DNA from: a virus
Length of the DNA: 64,000 nt
Strand: one strand, 5' to 3'
Virus record (IMG/VR): IMGVR_UViG_3300032236_000803
Location: 27,191 to 91,190 of that record
Shown: positions 1 through 12,600 of the stretch, piece after piece
Numbering within the stretch: position 1 is the stretch's first letter
How the letters are laid out: each line of letters begins with the position of its first letter
Notes under the pieces: model-generated
Told to the model about the DNA's origin: nothing
The model's input: the letters and a program-made list of their open reading frames with translations, nothing else
Database searches by the model: none
Translations under genes and position numbers: made by a program

Positions 1-2385
1 AGAGGATCATTTTATGCGCCAGGTTATCCAGTAGTTGTATACGGAGGGTTAGATTCTCCTTTGGGTATAGGCGCAACTGCAGTAGTAGCAAATACAACTG
101 CTGGCGGCGTGACTAGCGTATCAGTAGTCAATGGCGGATTTGGATACAGAAGCGATCCTAATACAATTATATCATTTTCTAATTTGAATGCTGGAGCAAA
201 AACTCCAATAGCAAATGTTGCTTCGTTGTCTCCGTTCACGTTACCGTTAGTTACAATAACTAATGGAGGTATTGGTTATCAAAATAATGATCCTGTTTAC
301 ACGATAATCAATTCAAATAAATACAAATTTGCATATGTTTCTTCTGTCGATGCGAATGGTAAAATATTAACTATAGCATATAATCCTGGAGTTAATCCTA
401 GTGCTGTAATGGGTATTTCTGCTAACGTTAGTTCTGCTAATGCTTATGCTAATGGAGCATCTTTAACTATAGCTAATAGCGTAAGTAGTGCAGTATCCAA
501 CGTAACTTATGCTCCTACAAATTCTATAGGGTTTTCTAAAAATGTAAAAATAGGAAATACTTACACTTTCCTTAGTTTACATCCTACTGCAAATGCTAAT
601 ACAACTTTGGCTAATAGTCTATCGTTTGCGTCATTCGCAACATATCCAATTTCTTCAATATTAGTAGCTAATGAAGGCGGCGGGATAACGCAAGAACCTT
701 CCGTTACTGCTTTATCAGTATATTCTACTGATGATATAACCCCAGCTTTAATTAGTTCTCTCGGCATACTTGGTCCTGTTCAGATTGTCAGTGGGGGCTA
801 TGGGTATGTTGCTAATGATAAAATAGTATTTTCTGGAGGTTCTGGATATGGCGCTTATGCTAACGTTTCTTCGGTAGATTCGCATGGTACAATTACTAGC
901 ATAACATATCAACAAGGAAATAAATTATATTCATTAGGAGGAATGGGATATGGAAGTGCTCTTCCAACTTTGTCTGTCAATTCTTCTAATAATTCTGCCT
1001 ATGGAGCGCAATTAGTTGTTACCGGAATATTAGGAGCAGGGGCACAATTCTCGGCAACAACAGATAGAGCAGGAGCAATATCAACAATTGCATTAGAAAC
1101 ATACGGAGAAGATTATGTCGCTACTCCAAACGTTTCGCTAAAGATACAAGATATTGTTGTTTCTGGATTGACTCTGGTAAATTTACCGCAAAAAGGAGAT
1201 TTGGTTTACCAAGGTATATCTGCAAATACATCAAGTTATCAATCATATGTTGATTCCGTTTCTTTATTGATTCCTTATGCTAATGCTACAAGTTCTTTAT
1301 ATAATTTAAGAGTTTATAATTACACATCAATACCAGACCCTGCCCTGAAGTTAAAAATAGACAGGAATAATATTGTAATTACAGTAGCAAACGAAATTCC
1401 AGTTGGGTTTGAATCAGTCTATCCGTACAATTATAATTTGAATATCCAAGGATTTAACGTATATGGCGATGGTACTGCTAAAGCAACTACGAAATTCTTA
1501 AATGGTCTTGTAATTGGACAAGGACAGTATCTTGATAGTCAAGGACAGCCAAGTTCATTTGACGTATTGCAAAGTACTGATTATAACAATTACACGTATC
1601 AGATTACAGTACAAAAAGAAATTGCAAAATATAGAGAAATATTATTGAATTTATTACATCCTTCAGGTACAAAACTGATAGGACGATATGCGATGGAAAC
1701 TCAAAACCATTTTGATTTCCATTCTCAAGACGCATTGTATACTGGAATACCATTGGATCAGCTTACAGGATATCCTGGTAGTACTGTTACAATGACTTCT
1801 GATTTCAATAACAAAAGTAATAATTTATTGAATTTCCAATATCTATTGGGAATAGATTTATCAAACATTATCACCACTAGCGATATTATAGAAGTAACTC
1901 CTCCAAATGGACCAACTATACGATCAGAAGTTGCTAACGTTTTCCCAATTATTAACACGATTGAATTAAAATCTAATACTTGGTTAACGTATCCAAATGT
2001 TGCTTACGTTACTGCAAATGCTGGATCCAATTCTATAAATATATTATCATTAACTGGTTCATACGATATAATAAATAACGGTATATACTCAGATCCAAAC
2101 TATCCGTTAAAAGACATTGTTTACGTAGGTGATACTGTAAAGATTACTGGAAACAATACTGTTTTCTCAGTAATTAATATGAATTATACAAATGGTAATA
2201 TAATAGTATCTCCGTTATTACCTGCTGTAACTAATTCAACCATAGCAGTAAACAGAACGTTTGGTCCAACAAGTTGTGTTAGAATATATGGTCCAATTGG
2301 AACCCAGTATTATAACCAGTTAACAACACAAGACGGCAAAATAATAACAACGCAAGATGGCACTACTATAATAGTGTTGGGGTAA
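1..2385 (+). CDS. gp7: Baseplate wedge protein, T4 gp7-like (5'-truncated by window edge)
   Basis: Frame is open from position 1 (RGSFYAPGYPVVVYGG...), so the TTG at 61 is not the real start. Contains YNNYTYQIT...KYREILLNLLHPSGTKLIG, matching the gp7 C-terminal HPxG motif. Has repeated GGxGY beta-repeats and lies upstream of gp8. Confidence 0.7.
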   Translation, partial: RGSFYAPGYPVVVYGGLDSPLGIGATAVVANTTAGGVTSVSVVNGGFGYRSDPNTIISFSNLNAGAKTPIANVASLSPFTLPLVTITNGGIGYQNNDPVYTIINSNKYKFAYVSSVDANGKILTIAYNPGVNPSAVMGISANVSSANAYANGASLTIANSVSSAVSNVTYAPTNSIGFSKNVKIGNTYTFLSLHPTANANTTLANSLSFASFATYPISSILVANEGGGITQEPSVTALSVYSTDDITPALISSLGILGPVQIVSGGYGYVANDKIVFSGGSGYGAYANVSSVDSHGTITSITYQQGNKLYSLGGMGYGSALPTLSVNSSNNSAYGAQLVVTGILGAGAQFSATTDRAGAISTIALETYGEDYVATPNVSLKIQDIVVSGLTLVNLPQKGDLVYQGISANTSSYQSYVDSVSLLIPYANATSSLYNLRVYNYTSIPDPALKLKIDRNNIVITVANEIPVGFESVYPYNYNLNIQGFNVYGDGTAKATTKFLNGLVIGQGQYLDSQGQPSSFDVLQSTDYNNYTYQITVQKEIAKYREILLNLLHPSGTKLIGRYAMETQNHFDFHSQDALYTGIPLDQLTGYPGSTVTMTSDFNNKSNNLLNFQYLLGIDLSNIITTSDIIEVTPPNGPTIRSEVANVFPIINTIELKSNTWLTYPNVAYVTANAGSNSINILSLTGSYDIINNGIYSDPNYPLKDIVYVGDTVKITGNNTVFSVINMNYTNGNIIVSPLLPAVTNSTIAVNRTFGPTSCVRIYGPIGTQYYNQLTTQDGKIITTQDGTTIIVLG

Positions 2386-2388
2386 AGG

Positions 2389-5208
2389 ATGGCAGAAGTA
2401 AAAATTACGCAGTTAAGTTCAGCATATTTTAACGCTAATACGGCTAACACCGTATTTCTAGTCGTTGATCTACCCACAGACATTACTGGGCAGATGACTG
2501 GTACTTCTTTAGCCAAAGGATTATATTCAAATAATCCGCTAAACGTTGGTAACAATCAAATATTATTCGCAAATACTATTGCTCAATTTTCGGGTAATAG
2601 TAATACGTTTATGCAACTTAATATTCAGAATTTCCAATCAAATGGATCTTCTGATGTTGTATTGACTTCAGATACCGGAACAAACGCCAACAATTACGTA
2701 GATTTGGGTATTAATAACTCAACGTTTAATGATCCAAATTATTCAGCAATGGGTGCTCTTGATGGTTATTTGTACGTTGCCGGTCCAAATGGAGGCTCCA
2801 ATCAAGCTAATCTTATGATTGGTACTGCTTCGTATGGAGCAAACATTAATTTCGTTGCTGGCGGTACTACTATTAATGATATAGTTGCAGTATTTAACGA
2901 AGATGTTATTACTTTTAACGAACCTACTATAATTAATCAGGCTCCAGTTGATCCTGATGATACCAGTTATGTTGCGTTACAAGTTAACAACTATGGTAAC
3001 GGTTATTCATTTGTTGTAAATGATGATGTTAATGATTATTCTCCATTCGCTATTGATCAAAGCGGTAACGTTTCGATTGGAGCGGTATCTGCGAATGGGT
3101 ATAAATTATTAGTAGTTGGTAATACATATATTTCCGGAAACGTAGTAACTGCCAATAATTTCGTTTTATCTGATGGGTCGTTTGCTGCGTCAAATAATTA
3201 TGTCAATGCTAATGATGCTTCTACATTAACTTCTGCCAAAAATTACACTAATTCGGCTAATCTTTGGTTACAAGCAAATGACTCATTGACTTTATCTACT
3301 GCCCAGGCGTTTTCTAATTCGGCTAATCTATGGTTACAAGCTAATGACGTTTTAACTTTAGCAACTGCTAAGAATTATGCTAATTCAGCAAATCTCTGGT
3401 TACAGGCAAATGACGTTTTAACTTTAGCAACTGCTAAGAATTATGCTAATTCAGCAAATCTCTGGTTACAGGCAAATGACTCATTGACTTTATCTACTGC
3501 TCAATCATATACAAATGCAGCTAATTTATTTGCTCAAAATACGTATATTGCAAAATCAAATAATTTAACTTTTAATAATGTATCCATCACTGGTAATTTA
3601 TTTGCAAATACTGTAGGAACTTCTGTTTCGGTTGATAGTATATCATCGAATAATGCAACATTTTCTAAAAATATAACCGTTCTAGGAACTTTGACTTGTA
3701 ATACGGCTCAAGGTAATGTATTCTTCGCTAATATTACAACAATAACTTCGCAAGCTAATGCAATTCAATGGGTTTCGCAACAAACCTCTCCTCCTCAGAC
3801 TTACGGTCAAATTTGGTTTTCTGCTAATGACGTTTCTTTAGTTGAAGATACTGATGTTACTAATGATAGGCCATTAATAGGTAAGGTATTATATGAAAAA
3901 GTATACAATGGTTCTGGTACAACTATTGCAGCTAATTCATGGGTAAGATTAGCTGGTGCCGTAACAAATACCGCAATTCCATATGTAGTATTAGCAGATG
4001 CTGGAAACGCGGCTAATTCATTTGTTTCTGGTTTTGTTAAAAATAGTATCGCAAATAATGCATACGGATACATTTATACGCAGGGAATTGTTAATAATTT
4101 AAATTCTTCAACATATAACGTTGGCGATATATTGTTCTTATCAACAACCCCTGGCGCATCGCAAAATACTCCTCCAACCGGAGCAAATGTTGTAATTCAG
4201 TTAGCGAAAGTTTTGAGCAATAGCTCGACAATGGGTAAATTACAAGTGAATATTTTACCTCAACCAGCTTGGGGAAAAACTTCCGGTTCCATAATCTATT
4301 CCAGTAATAATATACTTGTTTCTAGTAACACTATAACAATCAACGATTCCACACAAACATTGAATTTGAGTGGTAGTATTGTTATGAGCGGTTCAGTAAC
4401 AATGAACAACTCTACGTTTTCCGCAAATTCTGCAGCAGTTTCGATTATTGGTTCCTCTAATGGCGCAATCCAAGCACCTTCGGCAGATGGAACCATGTTA
4501 CAGATTACTGGTAAAGACGGAGTTAATGCTAAAGTAATAACGGATGCAGCAGGTGCTGGTGTTTATGCTTTATATAATGGCCGTTCTATGCGAGGAACTG
4601 CGCAAAATCCGACCGCTAGTTTGGCTGGTGATGTATTAGTACGCTTTGGCGGTACTGGATATGGTACTACCGGATTCGGACTGCTCTCTGGCGGCGCAAA
4701 AATGGATTATATTGCGTTAGAAAATTATACTGATACCTCAAAGGGAACGCAAATATTATTAGCGACTACCCCAGTTGGTTCAAACGCTTTAGTAAATGTC
4801 GTGACTTATGCTGCTAATTCAGCTACATATTCTCCTAATACAGCATTATTTGTTGCTAATACAATCCATTATAATGCAAATTATAATAACGCAAACGTAG
4901 CTCAAACAGGTACTAAAGCAACTGCGGTATATGCTAATGGACGTACTGGACAGATCACTACTGTAAATACCAATATAAACAAAGGCGCTGCAACATACTT
5001 CGTGATGTATAACACGTATATTACAAGTTCTAAAGATGTGGTCATATTGAATATATCCAGCGGAGCTAGTGTTAATTATGCATTAGCGGTAAATAACGTA
5101 ATTCCTGGAAGTTGTAATGTTGTAATAAACAATTGCGACGGTACTCCATCTGGATCTAATGCTGCAGATACGTTGACAATCAACTTCGCAATTATCAATG
5201 TAACTTAA
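2389..5208 (+). CDS. Fibre-like virion structural protein (939 aa)
   Basis: N-terminal VKITQL motif typical of phage fibres, a 22-aa helical repeat block, Asn/Thr/Ser-rich beta segments, and position between the gp7-like gene and gp8. Confidence 0.6.
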   Translation: MAEVKITQLSSAYFNANTANTVFLVVDLPTDITGQMTGTSLAKGLYSNNPLNVGNNQILFANTIAQFSGNSNTFMQLNIQNFQSNGSSDVVLTSDTGTNANNYVDLGINNSTFNDPNYSAMGALDGYLYVAGPNGGSNQANLMIGTASYGANINFVAGGTTINDIVAVFNEDVITFNEPTIINQAPVDPDDTSYVALQVNNYGNGYSFVVNDDVNDYSPFAIDQSGNVSIGAVSANGYKLLVVGNTYISGNVVTANNFVLSDGSFAASNNYVNANDASTLTSAKNYTNSANLWLQANDSLTLSTAQAFSNSANLWLQANDVLTLATAKNYANSANLWLQANDVLTLATAKNYANSANLWLQANDSLTLSTAQSYTNAANLFAQNTYIAKSNNLTFNNVSITGNLFANTVGTSVSVDSISSNNATFSKNITVLGTLTCNTAQGNVFFANITTITSQANAIQWVSQQTSPPQTYGQIWFSANDVSLVEDTDVTNDRPLIGKVLYEKVYNGSGTTIAANSWVRLAGAVTNTAIPYVVLADAGNAANSFVSGFVKNSIANNAYGYIYTQGIVNNLNSSTYNVGDILFLSTTPGASQNTPPTGANVVIQLAKVLSNSSTMGKLQVNILPQPAWGKTSGSIIYSSNNILVSSNTITINDSTQTLNLSGSIVMSGSVTMNNSTFSANSAAVSIIGSSNGAIQAPSADGTMLQITGKDGVNAKVITDAAGAGVYALYNGRSMRGTAQNPTASLAGDVLVRFGGTGYGTTGFGLLSGGAKMDYIALENYTDTSKGTQILLATTPVGSNALVNVVTYAANSATYSPNTALFVANTIHYNANYNNANVAQTGTKATAVYANGRTGQITTVNTNINKGAATYFVMYNTYITSSKDVVILNISSGASVNYALAVNNVIPGSCNVVINNCDGTPSGSNAADTLTINFAIINVT
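3250..3520 (+). repeat. 66-nt (22-aa) tandem coding repeat NSANLWLQANDxLTLxTAxxYx, 4 copies
   Basis: Copies start at 3250, 3316, 3382 and 3448. Confidence 0.9.
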
Positions 5209-5228
5209 TTTGAGAAATAAATAAACCT

Positions 5229-6596
5229 ATGGCAAGTACATCACTATTAACATATGCAGCTAAAGTTGCTTCAGTAGAACAGGTATATTATTCTCCTGTT
5301 GTCACGTTACCAACTACAAATGAAGTTTTGTCTTCTATGTATTGTGTTCTTGCAAAGGTTGATACCTGGATTAACGATGTAAGTCCCCCTTCTCCTACTC
5401 AAGATCAAAAAGCAGTTAAGAATTTTTTGAAAAATGTATTTGTTGCCAAGTTAGTAACAAGTAATGATATTTCTCCTGTTATTCCAAGAGTAGATTGGAC
5501 TTTGGATACTGTTTATGATCAATACGCAGACGATGTTGATATGTTTGCTCTGGATCCATTCGGTAATCAAGTTTATACATTTTACGTTAAAAATAGATAC
5601 GATCAAGTATTCAAATGTCTCTCCAACAACAACGGAGGACCATCATTATATGAACCTTATTTTGAACCCGGAACATATACGACAAATAATATCTACCAAA
5701 ACGTAGACGGATATAAATGGAAATATATTTTCACCGTTGATTTATCGTCTAAAGTTAAATTCATGGATCAATATTGGATCCCAGTTTTAGTTGGTCAAAA
5801 TACACCTAATCCTATTGCTTCTTCTGCAGGAACGGGAAGTCTTGATGTAATAAACGTTATTAGCGGAGGATCAGGATATGATCCAACAACCTCTGTCATA
5901 ACGTTAAATATTACAGGTGATGGAAGCGGCGCAAATGGCGTAGCAATTGTTGCTAATGGCGCAATTACTGATATATTAATGACTTCTCCTGGATCAAACT
6001 ATACATATGCAAATGCTAGTATAATTTCGGCAAATGGATCTGGTGCAATATTGGCTGCAAATACATCGTCTCCAATTGGAGGTCATGGATACGATCCAGT
6101 TTCCGATCTTGGTTGTATGCATGTTATGATATCTGTTGAATTTAATGGTTCAGAAAACCAAAATATACCGACTGATATCACATATCACCAAATAGGGCTT
6201 TTAATAAATCCGACTACAAACAGCCTGAGTCCATTATCTGCAAATGGATCCATATATAACACGAGTACAAGCGTAATTGTTGCGGGCGGTTTTGGTTCAT
6301 TCGTAAATGATGAATTAGTATTCCAAGGAGCGTCTTTGGCTTCTGCTACTTTTATAGGAACCGTATTAGATTTCAATACATCAAGTAATGAATTATCTCT
6401 AATAAATATAACTGGAACATTAACAGTCAATGCGCCAATTTTCGGAAATGGTTCTGGTACTGCTAGAACCGTATTAGCATATAACGAACCGGATTTTGTT
6501 CCTCTCTCCGGTTATCTTTCATATATGGAAAATAGGTCTGGTATAACAAGAAGTCCTGATGGAATTGAACAATTTAAAATAGTATTAGGTTATTAA
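5229..6596 (+). CDS. gp8: Baseplate wedge subunit gp8
   Basis: PRVDWTxxTVYDQY, FYVxNxxxQVFKCLSN, DGYKWKY and C-terminal ENRSGITRSPDGIEQFKIVL motifs of T4-like gp8. Confidence 0.85.
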   Translation: MASTSLLTYAAKVASVEQVYYSPVVTLPTTNEVLSSMYCVLAKVDTWINDVSPPSPTQDQKAVKNFLKNVFVAKLVTSNDISPVIPRVDWTLDTVYDQYADDVDMFALDPFGNQVYTFYVKNRYDQVFKCLSNNNGGPSLYEPYFEPGTYTTNNIYQNVDGYKWKYIFTVDLSSKVKFMDQYWIPVLVGQNTPNPIASSAGTGSLDVINVISGGSGYDPTTSVITLNITGDGSGANGVAIVANGAITDILMTSPGSNYTYANASIISANGSGAILAANTSSPIGGHGYDPVSDLGCMHVMISVEFNGSENQNIPTDITYHQIGLLINPTTNSLSPLSANGSIYNTSTSVIVAGGFGSFVNDELVFQGASLASATFIGTVLDFNTSSNELSLINITGTLTVNAPIFGNGSGTARTVLAYNEPDFVPLSGYLSYMENRSGITRSPDGIEQFKIVLGY

Positions 6597-6608
6597 GGTA
6601 AATAAAAT

Positions 6609-9600
6609 ATGTCACTAAATTTTAACGTTTCGCCATATTTCGATGACTTTGATTCATCAAAAAATTTCCACAGAATACTATTTAAACCTGGTGTTGCTGT
6701 ACAGGCTAGAGAATTAACTCAGTCTCAAACAATATTACAGAACCAAGTAACTTCTTTTGCTGACAATATTTTCAAACAAAATTCTCCGGTTACTGGTGGA
6801 CAAGTAACAACTAATTTTAATTGCTATTATATCAAGTTAGAACCAACCTATAATGGCGCATCTATTGACGTTACTCAATTTAATAATCTTCTTGTAACAA
6901 ACGCAGACGGGTCTGTTGTCGCTAGGGTCATTGCTGTCGTTCAAGGAACTGGGACCACTGGTCTTGGCGATCCTCCTACTATCATTATATCATATAAATC
7001 AGGAATACATTTCGTTGATAACGATATCATATATGATGTAAATTCAAATTTAGCAGCACAAGCAATTTCTCTATATTCTTCCGGATTATCTTCTGTTGCT
7101 TCAATTGCTAAAGGCGTTTTTTACGTATTAGGCAATTTCGTACAAGTATCTGATTCAACGGTAGTTTTGTCGAAATATAGTAACAATCCAAGCATAAGAA
7201 TCGGATTGACGATAACTGAAACGGTTTACGATTATATTAATGATTCTTCGTTATTAGATCCAGCCATTGGAGCATCTAATTATCAAGCACCTGGTGCTGA
7301 CAGATATTTAATTTCTCTTACTCTTGATACGAGAAATCTGCTATTAGGTGATGACCAAAACTTTATTGAATTGGTTAGAGTACAAGACGGAAATGTATAT
7401 AAAATGGTTGATGGTTCAGTTTATGCAACCATCGATGATTATTTCGCAAAAAGAGATTATGAAACTAACGGTGATTATATTGTAAATAACTTTAAATTAA
7501 CTCCTAAAGTTAATTCTAGTAATTCAAGTACGTATATTTTAAACGTTGGTAAAGGTCTTGCTTACGTAAGAGGATATAGAGTTGAGAATCCTTCTCCAGT
7601 AGAACTTATTTCTGATAAAGCAAGAACAACTGCGTCAATTACAAATGATCCTGTGTATACAGGATATGGTAGTTACTTCTACGTTAGTAATCTTCGTGGA
7701 GCAAATGGTTCGTTCTTCGACGTAACTACAGAACAAGCAATTGATCTTCATTGCGTTGCGCCTTCTAGCGTAAATGTATCAAGTTCAATTACATATAATT
7801 CTACTTTAGTAGCCTCTGGATATACTAGAGGATTGACTTTTAGCAACGCTTCTGATACAGCAAATGCTAATACATTTGTTTACAATCTTTATACTAATGA
7901 TTTACAGTATGCTACTTTATCTGGTAATTGTATATCTTCTACTGCTAATACAGTAACTTTACCTATCACGTTATCCGCTATCGACAGCGCTTATAATGGA
8001 GTATCAATCTCTATAACTAACGGGACTGATTACGGAGATTTTAAAACAATTATTGCATATAACGGATCAACCAGAGTAGCGACTGTTGATAGTAATTGGG
8101 CGATTAATCCAGATACTTCTTCTGTGTTCTCATTAAATTTCACTTCTGGTGACGTTGAGAGTATTCTAACAGTTAATAAAGCATCATATCCTGCTACGCT
8201 GTACGGTACTGCGAAAATTGACAACAGCGGGAAAGTCGGTGGATTATCAAATGGTTATAGTATTTTAGAGAACCCAGGTTCTCCTGAGTTACTGTTCACA
8301 ATAGGTAATCCTTTTGTACAATCCATTTCATCTGGTTCATATGTAACTACGCAAGAAATTAGAAATGTTGGATTCACTTCATCAGGTTCTACTCTCAGCG
8401 CACAGATTTCATATACTGGTAATTACAATGGTATCATCACACACATTGGTCCAACTACTGGTAATTTACCAATTAGTCAGGTGTTACAACAATATACAAT
8501 TGTAGTAACTAACGCAGGAACTAACACTAAAATTAAAGTTGGTGATATAATTCCTTGGACTACTACAGCAAATGCTAATCGCACAGTAGCGTTAAGTAGC
8601 GGTGGAATAACTGCAACATTTTCTACTACAACTTCGGATTTATCGCCTTTCACAGCTACTATTGTTGCTAAAGTATTTGTAGAAAACGCAGTCGATACAA
8701 ACCAAAACGCCATATTAAAATATAAAACTTTAGTTACTGCTAATAGTAACACTGTTAATATGGCCGGTACTCAAATTAACACATATACATTTGTTGATGA
8801 TTCAGCATCTTCTACTGGCCAGATTTATATTATAAATGCTGGTATTGTTTCTCCAGGATCAAAACAATCATTATATCTGTCAGACGTTTTAAAAATTAAT
8901 AAGATCATCGATACAGGATCACCTTCAGCTAATGCAACATTAGCTATGTTATCTAATCCTAATTATGACGTTACTGGTAATTATATATTTGATAACGGTC
9001 AAAGAGATAGCTATTACGATCACGCGTCAATAACTTTAAGACCAGGTGCTCCTAAACCTGCTGGTAATCTATTAGTCTTAGTAAATTATTTCAAACATAG
9101 CGGAGGAGATGGATACTTTAGTGTTGCATCTTATCCTACCGTAGTAAATGGACAGGATTTTTATAGACAGATTCCAGTATATCAAGCTAAATCTGGTACA
9201 TATTACAACCTACGCGATAGTTTGGATTTTAGACCAGCGAGATTAAATGCGCAAACAAGTTTTATTTTCCGATATGGTAATAACAACGTTTCAAATTATG
9301 GAGTTCTGTTACCAATAGATTCTGGATTATTCACTTGTAATTATTCGTATTATCTTGGTAGAAAAGACTTATTGGTAATAACAAAAGACAGAAACATTCA
9401 AATAATCGAAGGAACGCCTTCATTATCTCCGATCTTACCTAACGGTCCAGATGGATGTTTGATTCTTGCTAATTTGTTATTGAATCCATATACAGGATAT
9501 TTACCAACTGAAATTCAAAACGGAATTGCGGATTTATCAATCCAACCAGTTCAGCATAGAAGATATACTATGGCTGACATTGCCGGATTGGACGCAAGAT

Positions 9601-12600
9601 TAGGACAAGTTGAATACTATACTTCATTGTCTGCTTTAGAGCAATCAGCAACCGGAATGCAAATCACTGACGCGTTTGGATTAAATAGATTCAAAAACGG
9701 TATTTTGACTGATGATTTTTCAAGTTTCTCTACTGCAGATACTGTTAATTCAGATTACAATGCAGCAATTAATAAGAGAACTCGTCAAATGTCTGCGCCA
9801 CAGACAGTACAAAATTTCCCACTTAAAAACCTTGCATTAGTATACAATGATTCATCTCCTTCTGCGAGTTTAATTGCGTCGTTGAATTATAAGATTTCCA
9901 AAGATGGATCAATTAATTATTTTAGTTTACCTTATACTTCAGCAAATCTCGTAGTTCAACAGATTGCTAGTAGGGTAACTAATATCAACCCCTTCTCAGT
10001 ATCGTCATCTGTAGGAACTATATCTTTAACTCCTAATGTTGATACTTGGGTTGATACGAAATATGCTCCATCTCTGTTAATTACAGATCCATCTCTGCAG
10101 GTATTCAGACAGTCTAATAGCATTAATGTTTTAAGCGTTGGTGATTGGCAAACTATTTCCGGAACAACCTATCTATCAGGTTCTTCTTCATCATCATCTT
10201 CGTCTACCAGCTATGATTTAAATCACAATTGGACTGTTGATAGAGGGTTTGGTTTAGGCGTTGGTACTCAAACTACCACAACTACTACGTCTACGACAGA
10301 TACATATACAACAGTATTACAACAGCAACAGAATAATATTCTGGGACCATACAGCAGTATCAACAACACGTACTCATTAAATAATGGTTATATTACAGAC
10401 GTTAGTGTTGCTGCTTGGATTAGACCACAGGAAGTTGCGTTTAGAACTACTGGATTATTATTTAATTCTTATGTATCCAATTTCTTTGATAATACGAATG
10501 TTGATAACTATATCCGTAAACCAAATATCATTGAATTAACCAATGTCAGCGGCACTTTCAATCCTTTTGATATTATAGGATATCCAGTTAGCGGAGGATT
10601 TATTTCTACTGCTAAGATTTTGGATGTATATCCGCATCCCGGCACTAACAATGTTAGGTTATATGTTGCTGCTGATGGATATTCTTCTTTATATACCAAC
10701 GGTACTGTAATTTATAAAGGAACATTTGACGCTAGTGGAAACTGGATATTAACTTCAAGTACGCCACAGGGAACAATTTCAGTTTCTCAACATTTTGGCG
10801 GAGTTGTTCATAGTAATGCTAATTCAGCAACAAACATGGTACAATTGTCTTCTGTTGCTCCTGTTGTTACTAACTATTACGGAACAGATAGTTCAAATAC
10901 CATTTACATTCTATCCGGTACTGGCGCGGGACAATCTGCTAATATTGTTTCATATAATGCTGCGTCTAAAATGGTTACAATTTCTCCTTCTATTTACACA
11001 AAATACGGAGACATGTATTCCATTGGAAAGACAAAAGGAACTACTATAACTTCGTTTAAAGTTAATGAAGAAGGTAATTATTCTGGTGTTTTTGTTATTC
11101 CTAATGGCCAATTCCATACTGGACAAAGAGTATTTTCTGTTGATAACAGAATTAACAATGACGCGACCACAATAACAACTAGTGCCCAATCAGTATTTTA
11201 TGCAGAAGGGTTACAAACAACTGCTCAGAAATTGAATTTTGGCGCATCACCTGCTGGGGCAGCTGGAACATTTACGCAAACCAATTATCAAACAGTTTCG
11301 TTTACTACGACATCTAGTTCGTCGTCTAGTTCGTCTTCAACGTCTGCTTGGGATCCATTAGCGCAGACGTTTATTATAGATCCAACGAATTATCCTAATG
11401 GAGCGTTTTTAAGTTCTCTGAAAGTGTTTTTCTCATCAGCACCTACAAGCGATACGTCTACTGTTACTTTGTCTATTGTAGGAACTCTGAACGGATATCC
11501 TAACGGAGATGTTCTGGATCACTCTATTGTTACTTTGAAACCTTCTCAAGTTAATACTTCGCAGAATCCGCAATATCTTGATTCTACGACTTATACTGAG
11601 TTTGTTTTCTCTGCACCAGTTTATATTGCTTCTGGTACTTTATATGCGTTTATTTTGAAATCAAATTCAAATGAATATAAATTATGGACTGCTGCAAACG
11701 GTGATACTGCGATCCCGTCATCTGTTAAGAATTATCCAACAGACCCAACGCCAACTAACATAACTAAAATCACTACAGCACCTTATGTTGGTGGATTGTT
11801 CATATCACAGAATGCACAGACTTGGACTGCTGATCAAAATCAAAGTTTAATGTTTGTTATTAATCGTTGCGTATTTGATACAACCCAAAATCCGTTAATA
11901 AGAATGGTTGTTCCTCAAATGTTGCCTGGTAGAACTTTGATTGAACAAAGCGTTAATTATTTGAATAACGCCAATTCAATAGCAAATACAGTAGCAACAT
12001 ACTCAGCTAACAACGTTCTTGTTGATGCGTTTAATTTGACGACAACGGATTTTATTCCTACTGCCACTCAGATAAATTATGGATATCAAGCAACATTGGC
12101 TTCGTCTTTTGCTGCTACTGGAATACAAAACATTAATCCGGGTAGATACGGTACTAGTATTTTCGATCACATTTATCTTAATGATAACAATGGTGAAAGA
12201 GTGTTGATTTCTAATACATCAACTTCATTCTCTATGTATGCACAGTTAAGTTCAACTGATGATAAAGTGAGTCCAATTCTTTCTGATGCTGGATCAACTG
12301 TCTACACTATAACCTATAATATCAATAATTGTCCTTTATCAAATAGTTTAATTACTATTGCTAATGGCGGTAGCGGTTACAACGTGAATACAACAAGCGT
12401 ATCAATTTCTTCTCCTACAGGAAAGAACGGTTCGCAAGCATATGCCACTGCTAATATAGCAAATGGGTCAATTAACCGTATTGATATAATTGTTCCAGGT
12501 TCTGGTTATATTACTACGCCAACAATAACAATTACTGACGCTAATTCTTCGCCTGGTAATGGCGCTTCTGTTATAATTACTGGCGAAACTTCCGTACACG

